From an uncultured Chloroflexia bacterium (lineage in GTDB: Bacteria; Chloroflexota; Dehalococcoidia; DSTF01; JALHUB01): a stretch of DNA of 64,000 bases. Below the pieces are notes generated by a model. The model was given only the letters and a program-made list of their open reading frames with translations. It was not told the DNA's origin and made no database searches. Within the stretch, counting starts at the first letter, position 1, and each line of letters begins with the position of its first letter. Location: assembly GCA_963703345.1 (NCBI GenBank), contig OY969814.1:1888001-1952000 (forward strand), written 5' to 3'. Position numbers and translations under genes: made by a program. Of the stretch, positions 1-10,057 are shown in pieces.

Positions 1-2
1 TA

Positions 3-227
3 TCGCCGGAGACGGCGCTGGCGCGGTTCATCGAGCAGCGCGGCGAGGGCTTGCACCACGTCGCGCTGGAGACCGACAATGCCGCCGCCGAGATGGCGCT
101 GGTGCGCGAGCGCGGCGTCGAGCTGCGGGTGGACCGTCCGACGCGCGGGCTGAGTGGCATGATCTTCTTCCTGCCGCCGCGTCAGATGCACGGCGCGCTC
201 GTCGAGATAGAGGAGCCGCTGGAATGA
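3..227 (+). CDS. mce: Methylmalonyl-CoA epimerase / VOC family protein, 3' part (truncated by window start)
   Basis: Manual translation SPETALARFIEQRGEGLHHVALETD...HGALVEIEEPLE*. GEGLHH motif, next to mutase and meaB genes. Confidence 0.8.
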   Translation, partial: SPETALARFIEQRGEGLHHVALETDNAAAEMALVRERGVELRVDRPTRGLSGMIFFLPPRQMHGALVEIEEPLE

Positions 228-568
228 CAGGCGACGCGCATTTGGAGCGCATCGTCCTCGCCGCCGCGGAGCCGGTGGAGGCCGTCGCGACCTGGCGGCG
301 GACGCTCGGACTGCCGGCCGCGGAAGGCGACGGGCTGCGGGCCGGAAGCACGCTCCTGGAGATGCGACCCGCCGTTGCGGGAGAGCGCGAGGGCCTTTCG
401 GCCATCGTGATCCAAGTCGATAACCTGGAAGCGACGCTGACGCGTTTGCGCTCGAAGGGGATTGACGCAGCGCCGGCGACGGGCGAAGCGTCACGCTCGG
501 CCAGGCTCGACCCGGCCTGGACCTGCGGCGTCGAAATCGCGCTGGTCGAGCGGCGCGGCGAGAGGTAG
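224..568 (+). CDS. VOC/glyoxalase-like protein
   Basis: ORF with EGLSAIVIQVDNLE and GVEIALVE, VOC-like; ATGA overlap with the upstream gene. Confidence 0.65.
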   Translation: MTGDAHLERIVLAAAEPVEAVATWRRTLGLPAAEGDGLRAGSTLLEMRPAVAGEREGLSAIVIQVDNLEATLTRLRSKGIDAAPATGEASRSARLDPAWTCGVEIALVERRGER

Positions 569-571
569 GCC

Positions 572-982
572 ATGAGAGAAGAGAAGATACGCGTGCTCAT
601 CGCCAAGCCGGGGCTGGACGGCCACGACCGCGGCGCCAAGGTGGTCGCGCGGGCCCTACGGGACGCCGGCATGGAGGTCATCTACACCGGCATCAGGCAG
701 ACGCCGGAGATGATCGCCGAGGCAGCGCTGCAGGAAGACGTCCACGTCGTCGGGCTGTCGGCCTTGTCGGGCGCGCACATCGACCTGTTTCCGCGCGTCG
801 TCGCGGAGCTGCGGGCGCGCGGCGTCGACGACGTGCTCTTGCTGGCAGGCGGGATCATCCCCGCTGAGGACGTGCCGGCGCTCAAGGAGATGGGCTTCGG
901 CGCAATCTTCCCGCCCGGCGCTGACACGCGCGACATCATCCGCTTCGTCCAGGAGAACGCCTTTGGCCGCCGCCGAGCCTAG
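572..982 (+). CDS. Methylmalonyl-CoA mutase C-terminal cobalamin-binding domain protein
   Basis: [12 protein letters not shown] (DxHxxG) B12-binding motif and GGIIP. Confidence 0.95.
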   Translation: MREEKIRVLIAKPGLDGHDRGAKVVARALRDAGMEVIYTGIRQTPEMIAEAALQEDVHVVGLSALSGAHIDLFPRVVAELRARGVDDVLLLAGGIIPAEDVPALKEMGFGAIFPPGADTRDIIRFVQENAFGRRRA

Positions 983-1922
983 CGCAGAGGGCGGCGCAGA
1001 GGAGATGGTGCGGCGCCTGCTGGCCGGCGACAGGCGGGCCCTGGCGCGAGTGCTCTCCTGGATTGAGGACAGCACCGACGAGGGCGCGCAGGCGTCCTGT
1101 TTGCTCTACGGGCACGGCGGCCGCGCGCACAGCGTCGGCGTGACGGGCGCGCCGGGGTCCGGCAAGAGCACCCTCGTTTGCGCAATGACGCAGGAGCTCC
1201 GGCGGCGCGGCAAGACCGTCGGCATCGTGGCCATCGACCCCTCGAGCGCTTTCACGCACGGCGCCCTTCTCGGCGACCGCATTCGGATGCAGGAGCTGAC
1301 TGCGGACGAGGGCGTTTTCCTGCGCAGCATGGCCTCGCGCGGACAACTCGGCGGGCTGGCGCCGAAGACGGCGGAGGTGATGGCGGCGCTGGACGCGGCG
1401 GGGAAGGACGTCGTGATCGTCGAAACGCTGGGGGCCGGCCAGGACGAGGTCGATATCGCCGGCACGGCGCAGACGACCGTCGTCCTGAACGTGCCGGGCA
1501 GCGGCGACGACGTCCAGGCGATGAAGGCCGGCCTCCTTGAGGCGGCGGATATCCTCGTCGTCAACAAGGCGGACACCGCGAACGCGAGCCGGGTCGCTGA
1601 GCAGTTGCACGCGGCGCTGTGCCTGTCTCCCGTCCAGTGCGACGTGCCGGTGCTGCTGACGGTGGCGACGACGGGCGAGGGGGTGCGCGAACTCGTGGAC
1701 GCGGTCGAAGGGCACCAACGGCAGCTCGCGGAGTCGGGAGCGCTGGAACGATACCGTGTCGAACACGCGCGGCGGCAGGTGACGGCGGCGCTGCGGGAAC
1801 TTCTCGTCGAGTCGGCTCTCGAGGACCAGGCCGGGCGGGCGCGATTGGAGGAGGCGGTGCGGGCGGTCGCCGCGCGGGAGCTGGACCCGTGGAGCGCGGC
1901 GCGGCGGCTCGTTGAAGAGTGA
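963..1922 (+). CDS. meaB: Methylmalonyl-CoA mutase-associated GTPase MeaB/ArgK
   Basis: [10 protein letters not shown]-loop, DPSS, LGDRIRM, ETLGAGQ, NKAD. Start may be ATG 1005. Confidence 0.93.
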   Translation: MAAAEPSAEGGAEEMVRRLLAGDRRALARVLSWIEDSTDEGAQASCLLYGHGGRAHSVGVTGAPGSGKSTLVCAMTQELRRRGKTVGIVAIDPSSAFTHGALLGDRIRMQELTADEGVFLRSMASRGQLGGLAPKTAEVMAALDAAGKDVVIVETLGAGQDEVDIAGTAQTTVVLNVPGSGDDVQAMKAGLLEAADILVVNKADTANASRVAEQLHAALCLSPVQCDVPVLLTVATTGEGVRELVDAVEGHQRQLAESGALERYRVEHARRQVTAALRELLVESALEDQAGRARLEEAVRAVAARELDPWSAARRLVEE

Positions 1923-2099
1923 AGGTTGCTCCCGTTCTTCAGATTCCCCCGGCCGGAATCCAAAGGCTGAGGGATTAATCCCTCTCCCGGCGAGCCCACT
2001 GACTTGACGCTGAGGGCGCTTTATCCTCCGCCGGCCCGCCGCGGATCGCGGGCGACGTAGAATCGCTGCCCAGCCGCCTGCCGACTCCCTGCCGCTGCC

Positions 2100-2348
2100 T
2101 CACCGGGTAGACGCCTGGCAACGGCCCCCAACCTGGCTCCTGATGATCGTCAGATCTGTGGAGTTCACCTTTCCATCGTGGTTCAAGAGGCCAGGGTGCC
2201 GTCCGTCCTCACCGCGCAGGTGTGCTGGTTGCCCGTGCTGACCTGGCTGAAGGTGTCGGCGCCGGCTCGGACCCCCTGAGGGGAAGCCGCCAAGCCAAGC
2301 CGCCATGGCGGCTAGAGCGATTATCGGGAGCAGAACCCTGTGCCTCAT
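2100..2348 (-). pseudogene. Collapsed RCC1-repeat + dockerin secreted protein remnant
   Basis: Signal peptide MRHRVLLPIIALAAMAAWL. In a shifted frame DTFSQVSTGNQHTCAVRTDGTLA (RCC1 repeat like 34064..35230), then dockerin-like LNHDGKVNSTDLTIIRSQVG. Confidence 0.7.
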
Positions 2349-2854
2349 GGCCCACCTCCCATGAGAAGAATGCAGCAGCCGTGCCGAGTCCAAGGGTGCC
2401 AAATTATTGTACACCGTACGTCAATGGGATGAGTGTTTAGGTATCACATAAAGATGACAGAGGGCGCGACGGAGGAGCGAGAAGACCACCGTCGCCGCGA
2501 GAACGCGACGGAAGCGCCGGACGCCAACGGTAATGCGGCTCAAGCCAGCGACCGCACACGATCCGAGAATGGTGTGTGAACGGGGTCACCACTTCCCTCG
2601 CGGCAAAGGCCTGGGACATTTATTACTGGCCCGAACAGTGCGACACCGAAAACGCTTGACAAGAACACATGTGGTATGCTAACCTGCCAGTGGTCTTGTC
2701 TAGGGCAGTTTCTCTTCCTCACCAGAAAGCCCTCTATCCCCTTAGGCAATCGCAGCAAGCAAGGCCCTCTGAGTTTAGTCCTCCCTAGTACGTGTGTAGC
2801 CTACCCGCAACAAGGCGCAGGTGAACTTATCTTGAAGAGAGAAGAGAGAAAGAA

Positions 2855-3976
2855 ATGAGAATTCTGCAAGTTGCACCGCTCGCGGAACGAGTCCCGCCCC
2901 CAGCCTACGGTGGCACCGAGGCTATCGTCGGATTGCTGGCGGATGGCCTGGCCCGGCGGGGACATGACGTGGTACTCCGCGCCTCCGGCGACTCCATCAC
3001 GCTGGCGCGGCTACGCTCGGTCTACCCGCGCAGCTTAAGGACCGCGACAGGAATCGAGGATCCTCTTCCTTACGAGCTGGTGCACGCCGCTGAGGCGTTG
3101 CGCGATGCCCAGGACTTCGACATCGTCCACAACCACACGGGCGAGATCCTGATGGCCTTCACCGGCCTCATAGATGTACCCATGCTAACGACGACCCATG
3201 GCAACCTGACGCCGGACAGCCGCTTCGTTTGGGAGCACTACCACGGCTTCTACAACACGATCAGTTGGTCGCAGGCGAAGCGCTTCGTCGGTTTCCCAAG
3301 CGCGCAATTTGCCGGGGTAGTCCACAACGCCATCGACGTCCAGACGTTCCCGTTCCGCGTGGACAAAGAGGACTTCCTACTCTGCTTAGCCCGTGTCTCG
3401 CCCGAAAAGGGAACGCATCTCGCGATCGACGCGGCCCGCCGGCTCTCTATGCCGCTCGTTATCGCGGGCAAGGTTGACAGGGTTGACCGGGAGTACTTCG
3501 AGACGGCCATAGAACCTCGGATCGACGGGACAAACGTGCGGTTCTTCGGCGAAGCCAACGCCGAGGAGAAGCGAGTGTTGTATGCCAGGGCCCGCTGCCT
3601 TCTGGCGCCGATCAGTTGGGAAGAGCCGTTCGGCCTGGTAATGCCAGAGGCAATGGCCTGTGGCACGCCCGTCATCGCCTTCGCTCGGGGGGCTGCGCCG
3701 GAGATTGTGGTGGACGGCGAGACCGGCTTCCTGGTCGACGACGTTGACGGAATGGTGGAGGCAGTGCGGCACCTCGGCGACATTGACCCGCGGCGCTGCC
3801 GAAGCCTTGTCGAGAAGCGATTCGACGTCCCGGTCATGGTCGACGGCTATCTCGACGCCTACGAGCGGATCCTGGAGACAGTCCGGCCAGAGCGTCTCAT
3901 CACTGCGCCGTTTCTCCAGTCGGGGAGGTGGACGGGGTCAGAGCGCGATACCCGGGTTGGATCGCGAGTCTCCTGA
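2855..3976 (+). CDS. Glycosyltransferase family 4 protein
   Basis: MRILQVAP...PPPAYGGTE, SPEKG and EEPFGLVMPEAMACGTPV motifs. Confidence 0.95.
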   Translation: MRILQVAPLAERVPPPAYGGTEAIVGLLADGLARRGHDVVLRASGDSITLARLRSVYPRSLRTATGIEDPLPYELVHAAEALRDAQDFDIVHNHTGEILMAFTGLIDVPMLTTTHGNLTPDSRFVWEHYHGFYNTISWSQAKRFVGFPSAQFAGVVHNAIDVQTFPFRVDKEDFLLCLARVSPEKGTHLAIDAARRLSMPLVIAGKVDRVDREYFETAIEPRIDGTNVRFFGEANAEEKRVLYARARCLLAPISWEEPFGLVMPEAMACGTPVIAFARGAAPEIVVDGETGFLVDDVDGMVEAVRHLGDIDPRRCRSLVEKRFDVPVMVDGYLDAYERILETVRPERLITAPFLQSGRWTGSERDTRVGSRVS

Positions 3977-4102
3977 TCTTCGTCGCGGCGTAACCCAGCG
4001 CCAAGTGTAGATCATGCGCGCGGAGGCTGTTGCTCAGTAGGGCCCTTCGCCCGCGGCTCCGGCTCGTGTTACTATGCTGACGAAAGCAGAAGGAGGGACA
4101 CA

Positions 4103-4183
4103 ATGGCACGCAAGGATAAGGGCGGCAAGAAGGTCAAGAAGCCTAAGCAGGACAAGGTCAAGAAGGCGCCGAACGCGAAGTAA
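4103..4183 (+). CDS. Small lysine-rich protein (26 aa, MARKDKGGKKVKKPKQDKVKKAPNAK)
   Basis: Strong RBS AGGAGG upstream and AAG-biased codons; below the ORF-track size cut-off. Confidence 0.6.
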   Translation: MARKDKGGKKVKKPKQDKVKKAPNAK

Positions 4184-4211
4184 GGCGACATCGCTGTCCT
4201 AGACGACGCGG

Positions 4212-4280
4212 TTACAGGAACCCGCCGATGAATCCGCCCGCGCCGGTGACAAGGGCTCTTTTGCTGCGCTCTTTCGTTAT
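4212..4280 (-). pseudogene. N-terminal remnant of NAD-dependent epimerase/dehydratase
   Basis: (I)TKERSKRALVTGAGGFIGGFL* Rossmann motif, truncated immediately; overlaps the upstream stop as ATAA instead of ATGA. Confidence 0.65.
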
Positions 4281-5146
4281 GACCGTTCTCCCATCGGCTC
4301 CCGTTGTCTCCTGTAGAATTCGGCTTCCTCTTCGTACTGGTAAGGAGGCTCCGGGGATTTCCACTCCGCCACCGGCTTTCCGGCGTTCAGCTTGGTCCGC
4401 AGATAGTCGGAAGTCATCACGGCGAAGGGCTTGGCTTTGTCCAGCCCCAACGCGCGAAGGTTTTCCGCCATGCGGTGCTTGGCGGGCGTCACCTTCACCT
4501 CGATCTGCTTGCAACGGCGGTGTTTGACCTTGCCGTCCACCTCCACCACCGTCCTGACGATAGTGTCGTTGAAGTTGCCGAACGTCACCATGTCGAACGG
4601 TCTGCCCGTTATCCCCCGACCAAGCTCCCCTTGCACGTCCACGATTGGCTCCCCGCCATCCGGGTCCAGCACCGCGAACTTGAAGTGGTCTTCGGACAAC
4701 TGGCTTGGAATCTGGGTCAGGAACTTCGGGTAGCCCCAGATTTCGCGTCCTCCGGCTCTAGCTTCGGGGATAGTCACCACCATCTCGACAACGTAGACCC
4801 CCATGTTCTTCCAGGAGTTCTCTCTCTTCCCAAGCAGGAGCTTGAGCGTCGGGAACGACGGCCGCCCCAGTGCCTCCGGGTACACACTGACGGACAGCAC
4901 AACCTCGTCATAGGCTGTCAGGCTCACCTCCTGGTAATTGAAAAACGTCAGCGTGGTGAGGACCTTCCCGTTGAAGTAGCGGACCGGCAGCAACCCGGTA
5001 TCCTTCAGAAGCGGAAGCACACGGTCTTGCTCCACGAAGTAGTTGATGGCCCTCATCGCGAGCCTCTGGTAGAACACCGGCACCTGGATCACGCCGGACG
5101 AGGTCGTGTAGTCGGTCTGTGGAACGTCGAAGAAATCGCTCTTCAT
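4277..5146 (-). CDS. Acetoacetate decarboxylase family protein
   Basis: GGREIWGYPK motif and YDEV; RBS GGAGG. Confidence 0.85.
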   Translation of the reverse strand: MKSDFFDVPQTDYTTSSGVIQVPVFYQRLAMRAINYFVEQDRVLPLLKDTGLLPVRYFNGKVLTTLTFFNYQEVSLTAYDEVVLSVSVYPEALGRPSFPTLKLLLGKRENSWKNMGVYVVEMVVTIPEARAGGREIWGYPKFLTQIPSQLSEDHFKFAVLDPDGGEPIVDVQGELGRGITGRPFDMVTFGNFNDTIVRTVVEVDGKVKHRRCKQIEVKVTPAKHRMAENLRALGLDKAKPFAVMTSDYLRTKLNAGKPVAEWKSPEPPYQYEEEAEFYRRQREPMGERS

Positions 5147-5314
5147 GGCGAACCTCCCTGCGGTTGTCTAGCCTGAGGTGCATGTCGTCTGACTGACGAT
5201 CACCCGCCAAGAATCGCATCGGTGACCGCCACGGTCAAGTGGCCGCCTGGCATGCAGGTTCGGCGTGCTGAAGCTCGCGGATGGGAGGATAGAGGAAGCG
5301 TTCTCGACGAGTCC

Positions 5315-6925
5315 TCAGGCGACGCGCGCGGCGCCGGGCTGAGCACAGACGATATTGCCGCCGCCTGACTTCGCGCGATAAAGAGCCGCGTCGGCGGTTG
5401 CGATGAGTCCGGGCGCAGCCTGCGCTCGTGCAGAATCCGCTTCGGCGATGCCGAGACTGACTCTCAACGCAAGCGTACCGCCCTGGGGAAGATGGAAGGG
5501 CTGGCTTTCCACTCTGCCGCGGAACCGTTCACCAAACTGCACTGCGGCTTCCAGGTCGGCTTCCGGCAGTACAAACAGGAATTCGTCGCCGCCGAAGCGA
5601 CCCACTATGTCGCCCTTGCGACAGCTCCGGCGTGCAAGTCGCGCGAGCTGGATCAACACCTCATCGCCAGCGTCATGGCCGTGTTTGTCGTTCACTGCCT
5701 TCAACTTATCGACGTCGAGCAAGCCGACGCTGAAGCGGCCGCGGTACCGGAGAGCGCGGGCGTGTTCCGCCTCAATCACTTCTTCGACGTATCGTCGGTT
5801 GGGTATGCCGGTAAGGGCATCCGTGCGCGCCAGGCGGTGCTGGATCTCCGTGCCCGCCTGCAGTTGCTGCGAATATCGCTCCAACCGTTCCTTCGATTCA
5901 GCGAGCGCCCTGTACATGCGCGTTGCTTTCAGGCCCACCGCCAGCCTGGCGGCCATCTCGTCCAGCAGCTTTATCTCCTCCGGCGGGAACGTGTGGGGCT
6001 GGTAGCTCGCGAACGATATCGCGCCCAGCACTTCGTCTCCGAAGATGACCGGGACCGACGCTCCCGATACAACCATGATCAACTTGAAGAACTCCATCAT
6101 TTCCGGTGGGGCCCGCTCGTTGTTCTGAAGGTCCGGTGAGTGATCGGCCCGCCGCGAGCGGATCACATCCAGGAAGATCTCGTCAAAGCGCGAGTCAAGT
6201 GGCTCAGTCCAAACGCGTGTCAGGGAAGCGTCTTCCCAGCGCAACAGCTTGCGGACGGCACGGAGGCCGAGCGTCTGGGAAGCCTCGTCCCAGAGCACTA
6301 TTGTTACGAGTTCAAAGCCCGTGACGCTCGCCATGGCGGTCGCGATATTCACGAGTACCTCTTTTGCGTCTTCCGCCTGCGTCAGTACGTCCGCCGGGTT
6401 GGCGAGCGCCTCCATCTGCTCGCGCTCTCGCTCCACCCGCGCGGCGTACAGCATTCGCTCCAGAAAGACCACAAGAGGAGCGCGGGCCGCTTTGAGGAAA
6501 CGCACCAGCGCACGGTCAATGCCGGCCTTCCAGGGGCCATGGAGGATAACCATCTCCGCTGGGCTCTCGCTCACCGGGATCCGCATCGCCAGGTATTCCC
6601 TGTCCCGCGCACCGGCAGCCTTCACAAAGTCCCCGACGCGCCTGGACTGGATATTGAAGGCGACGGACCCTTCTTGGGCCTGAGCTTGTTGCTGGATGAT
6701 CCAGAGGCCCGTCTTCCCCGTCCCAACGTCATCGCCGCCGCTATGGTCGCCGCATGTGGCCCAGTCCAGCTCCTCGGCATACACAAAGCACACCTGCTCA
6801 GCGCCCAATTCATCCCTGAGAGCGTCGGCAACTGAAGCCAGTCCCTCTCTGCTCGGGGGACAGGTCGAAGCCAATGTGGCTAGTCGATGCAGATCTTCGA
6901 ACCCCGGTCGGGCAACTGATTTCAC
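5315..6925 (-). CDS. GAF-sensor diguanylate cyclase
   Basis: GAF domain, TDALTGIPNRR, DVDKLKAVND, RFGGDEF. Confidence 0.92.
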   Translation of the reverse strand: MKSVARPGFEDLHRLATLASTCPPSREGLASVADALRDELGAEQVCFVYAEELDWATCGDHSGGDDVGTGKTGLWIIQQQAQAQEGSVAFNIQSRRVGDFVKAAGARDREYLAMRIPVSESPAEMVILHGPWKAGIDRALVRFLKAARAPLVVFLERMLYAARVEREREQMEALANPADVLTQAEDAKEVLVNIATAMASVTGFELVTIVLWDEASQTLGLRAVRKLLRWEDASLTRVWTEPLDSRFDEIFLDVIRSRRADHSPDLQNNERAPPEMMEFFKLIMVVSGASVPVIFGDEVLGAISFASYQPHTFPPEEIKLLDEMAARLAVGLKATRMYRALAESKERLERYSQQLQAGTEIQHRLARTDALTGIPNRRYVEEVIEAEHARALRYRGRFSVGLLDVDKLKAVNDKHGHDAGDEVLIQLARLARRSCRKGDIVGRFGGDEFLFVLPEADLEAAVQFGERFRGRVESQPFHLPQGGTLALRVSLGIAEADSARAQAAPGLIATADAALYRAKSGGGNIVCAQPGAARVA

Positions 6926-7162
6926 CAGACGCAGTTACTCCTTTGATCGCTCTATCTAAGGTTCGGCAAACAAAGCTGCCCGCTAAACGGGTCAGCGGTC
7001 GCCTTTGGCAGACAACCCGCGCGTTCGCCGTGTGGAGAAGGAGCCGTCAGCCGACGCTGCCCATTCCCTCTATTGCGTCGCTGCCACGACGACGCTGGAA
7101 AAGTGTCTTTCGTGGAACCACGAGAGGCGCGGAGGAAGAGCCCTTCGCATTCGGCGGAACGT

Positions 7163-7215
7163 GTGTAGAGGGCCTGTCTGTGTAGGTATGGTACCCCCGG
7201 CGGGGGTCGAACCCA
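7163..7215. repeat. Left att site: displaced tRNA-Arg 3' fragment plus flank, direct repeat of 54398-54450
   Basis: gtgtagagggYctgtctgtgtaggtatggtacccccggcggg(gg/ac)tcgaaccca occurs at both positions with 3 mismatches in 53 bp. Confidence 0.92.
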
Positions 7216-7390
7216 TACTACCTACACGGCAAGCAGGGTGGTTTGCGCCCTCGGAGTTGATTCGAGTGGCGTGATCAGTATCAGGATGCCAGCCATATTG
7301 ACCGACTAGCAGCATAATCTAAGAGCATTCGCCTGGAGCGGCGCAGAGGCTCCCGACAGGCCTGGGAAGGGCCTGTGGAGGACCTTTGTC

Positions 7391-9244
7391 ATGCTCCCAC
7401 AGGTGCAAAACTCCCATGCCAACCCGGTAGTCATCCAAGCGCCTCGGCCCGCAACCCCAGGCCCCGGCGGCGCCACCAAGCCCCCTAACCCGTGTCGCGA
7501 AGACCTTGAGCGCACCCTCCGGCTGTTCGAAGGTGCGGGAATCCCGGTCTTCCCAGCCAGGCGGAGAACCAAGGGCACGTACGTTCCCGGTTGGCCCGAC
7601 ATGACCGTCACGGACGCGCTCTCCTTAACGCGGGCCGAGCTACGCCGCGGCCGCATCAACCTCGCCGGACGGACCGGCAACGGCTGGGCCGTTATCGATC
7701 TCGACGACAAGGACGGGGCCGATCCGGAGGAGATGCTCGCGCTGCTGCTACGGCGACTCGGCTCGGCCGTCTTCGCGGTGGTGCGGACGCGACGGGGCTT
7801 TCACATCTGGGTCCGAGTGCGGGAAGCCGTGCGCAACGGCTACTGCAGCTTCGTCGGTGGCGAGATCTTCTCAGAGCCTCACCTGGCGATGCTCCCACCG
7901 TCTGATCATCCCGAAGGGGGCGAGTACGAGTGGGTTATCGAGCCGCATCACATCGATGCGGTTGCCGACCTTCGAGCCCTCGGGCTGATCCCTGACGTCC
8001 GAGAGCTATGCCAAGGTGCTGCCGGTCGGGAGCAAAACCGAAGGGCCCAGCCTGCAGCACCCGCTGACCAAGAGGAGTTCGAGCAGCTCATGGCACAGGC
8101 CGGCGTCTCCCGCCGGGGCAACCAGATCCAAACGCTGGCGCTCTGTCCCTGGCACCATGATGGCCTTCCTTCCCTCTCGATCAACTGGGAGGCCGCCCTC
8201 TTCTACTGCTTCTCCGTGCACTGCAGCGCTCGTGGTGGGATCGGCAGCCTCCGCCGGCTCGTTCGCTGCGACACCCCAACTTACCGCCAGGGGCGGAACA
8301 ATGCCGGGGGCAATCATCAGCGCCGTGCTGACAACGGGAGGAATCATTTCTCTGGCGATAACCTGGGGTGTGCTGACGTCGATGCTGCCAGCGAGCGGCT
8401 GGCGTCGGGCCTGGAGCAACTGGGCCTGCACCAACGGTCCGGCTCGGTCCGCGACTGCCGACACCATTTCCGCGTAGGCAAGTGCACACAGTGCGCCCGG
8501 ACGCCCGCCTACCCCATCTCCTGCGGCGACCCGCTGTGCCTGCGCTGCATGCCGGGCCGGTTGGCCGCGGACTGGGAGCGCCACAACGCCTCCCTCCCGG
8601 AGAAACTAACCCTGTTGCGTCTGCGGCCCCGTGACCTCTGGGGTATCCCGTCCGATGTTCTCAAGAAGGTGCGTTCCCGGTTCCGGGAGTGGCGGGCCCG
8701 AAGCGGCATCGGCGCCGGCATATACGGAGTTCGCCTCGACAGGACTGCCGGCGCCGTCATCTTGCTGGCAATTCCCGCCCACTTGCCCGTTCCCGAATCG
8801 TCCCTCGCCTTCGAGGTGGAGATAGTGGCGTTGAACCAGGGCCCCCGGGACTTCCTTCGCTGGCTCCAGAGCGAATACGTCCAGGAGGCTCAGGACTGGC
8901 AAACGCCGGATGAGTTGGCGGTCCTGATCGCGGAGACGAAGGGCCGGCGGCGCTTTCAGGGGTTCGGCGCCGTCTACGGTGAAGCTAACGAAAGTTTGGA
9001 CAAGGAGAAGGCGGACATGGTTATGTCAACTGAGGCAGCGGCAACACATAACCGAAAGCCCTTGAGTCGAATCAGCGGTGGAGCCCTCAAGGGCAAGCGT
9101 GAGAAGGCGGAGCACAGCTGCCCCTTCTGTGGCGGCGTCGTCGAATTGTACCCTTTCTCGGTCCCGGCCGACCAGGTGGAACAGGTCGGGGGTCACTGGC
9201 TCTGGCGAGGCCAACGGGCAGCAGCAAGCCATCACCATGAGTGA
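7391..9244 (+). CDS. Replication protein: bifunctional primase-polymerase domain + CHC2-like Zn finger + Cys-rich Rep-like C-terminus
   Basis: VIDLDDK and TRRGFHIW prim-pol motifs; CPWHHD...FYCFSVHC; C-terminal CTQC...SCGDPLCLRC. Confidence 0.8.
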   Translation: MLPQVQNSHANPVVIQAPRPATPGPGGATKPPNPCREDLERTLRLFEGAGIPVFPARRRTKGTYVPGWPDMTVTDALSLTRAELRRGRINLAGRTGNGWAVIDLDDKDGADPEEMLALLLRRLGSAVFAVVRTRRGFHIWVRVREAVRNGYCSFVGGEIFSEPHLAMLPPSDHPEGGEYEWVIEPHHIDAVADLRALGLIPDVRELCQGAAGREQNRRAQPAAPADQEEFEQLMAQAGVSRRGNQIQTLALCPWHHDGLPSLSINWEAALFYCFSVHCSARGGIGSLRRLVRCDTPTYRQGRNNAGGNHQRRADNGRNHFSGDNLGCADVDAASERLASGLEQLGLHQRSGSVRDCRHHFRVGKCTQCARTPAYPISCGDPLCLRCMPGRLAADWERHNASLPEKLTLLRLRPRDLWGIPSDVLKKVRSRFREWRARSGIGAGIYGVRLDRTAGAVILLAIPAHLPVPESSLAFEVEIVALNQGPRDFLRWLQSEYVQEAQDWQTPDELAVLIAETKGRRRFQGFGAVYGEANESLDKEKADMVMSTEAAATHNRKPLSRISGGALKGKREKAEHSCPFCGGVVELYPFSVPADQVEQVGGHWLWRGQRAAASHHHE

Positions 9245-9264
9245 ATGGTGCCCGACGCCAGCGA

Positions 9265-9356
9265 GGGGGAGGGCCGGTCAAATCTCTACAGGTCTGAGGC
9301 ATGTCGAACGGGCGGCAGCAAGGCTTGTGCGTCCGCGAAATGAGGCAGGGGGGTAT
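9265..9356 (+). other. Putative cos-like packaging tract upstream of terS 1
   Basis: GGGGGAGGGCCGGTCAAATCTCTACAGG...CCGCGAAATGAGGCAGGGGGG resembles, from recall, tracts preceding P27-type terS in cos phages; no alignment run. Confidence 0.45.
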
Positions 9357-9379
9357 AGGCGGGAGTAAGGGGCTCCGAG

Positions 9380-9862
9380 ATGGCTGGATATAAGGGCAGG
9401 CAGGGGCGAAAGCCCAGGCCCACAAAGCTGAAGCTCTTGGAGGGCAACCCGGGTAAGCGCCGGCTCAATGACAAAGAGCCCGACCCGCCTCCGGCCATTC
9501 CTTCCTGCCCAGAGCATCTGTCCCCCGCAGCGAAGAAGGAATGGGAGCGGGTCACGCCGCTCCTGGAGAAGCTGGGGCTCCTGAGCCAGATAGACGGCGC
9601 GGCGTTGTCACTCTATTGCCAGGCCTGGGGACGTTGGGTGGAGGCGGAGGAAGCACTCAGGACCTACGGCGTCATGGTGAAGAGCCCGAACGGCTTCCCC
9701 ATGCAGTCGCCCTATCTCGCCGTGGCCAACCGGGCGATGGACCAGATCCGGGCGATGCTCACGGAGTTCGGCATGTCACCCTCCAGCCGAAGCCGCGTTT
9801 CCGCTTCCCCCTTGGAGGATGACGACGACTGGCTGGACAAACTCCTGTCGGGAAAGGACTGA
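9380..9862 (+). CDS. terS: Phage terminase small subunit, P27 family (copy 1)
   Basis: GRKPRPTKLKLLEGNPGKR, AKKEWER, YCQAWGRW, EFGMSPSSRSR. Confidence 0.92.
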   Translation: MAGYKGRQGRKPRPTKLKLLEGNPGKRRLNDKEPDPPPAIPSCPEHLSPAAKKEWERVTPLLEKLGLLSQIDGAALSLYCQAWGRWVEAEEALRTYGVMVKSPNGFPMQSPYLAVANRAMDQIRAMLTEFGMSPSSRSRVSASPLEDDDDWLDKLLSGKD

Positions 9863-9877
9863 GGAAGGAGCAAGAGA

Positions 9878-10057
9878 ATGACCAACACAGCAACAGCCAC
9901 ACCCACCATCGAATACGTAGGCGTCGAGTCGCTTCGAGACGATGACCGGTGCCGGTCGGATTTTTTGGGGGATACCTGGGACGGGACCGCTGGCATGCCA
10001 GCCTCCGACCCTGTACGGGTTTTCCTGAAAAAGATCACAGGGACAGGAAGGCTTTGA
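9878..10057 (+). pseudogene. Truncated N-terminus of a ParB-methyltransferase gene fused to a second cos-like tract
   Basis: MTNTATATPTIEYVGVESLR closely parallels MTTATATVEIENVDIDSLH of 10534..11763, then diverges; RBS AAGGAG. Confidence 0.6.

Noticed and set aside
2656-2680. TTGACA...TATGCT promoter for the GT4 gene
   Set aside because: The spacer is only 13 bp; at most an extended -10, too weak to call.
4060-4095. Hammerhead ribozyme (ctgacga...gaaa)
   Set aside because: No stem II or flanking stems could be built.
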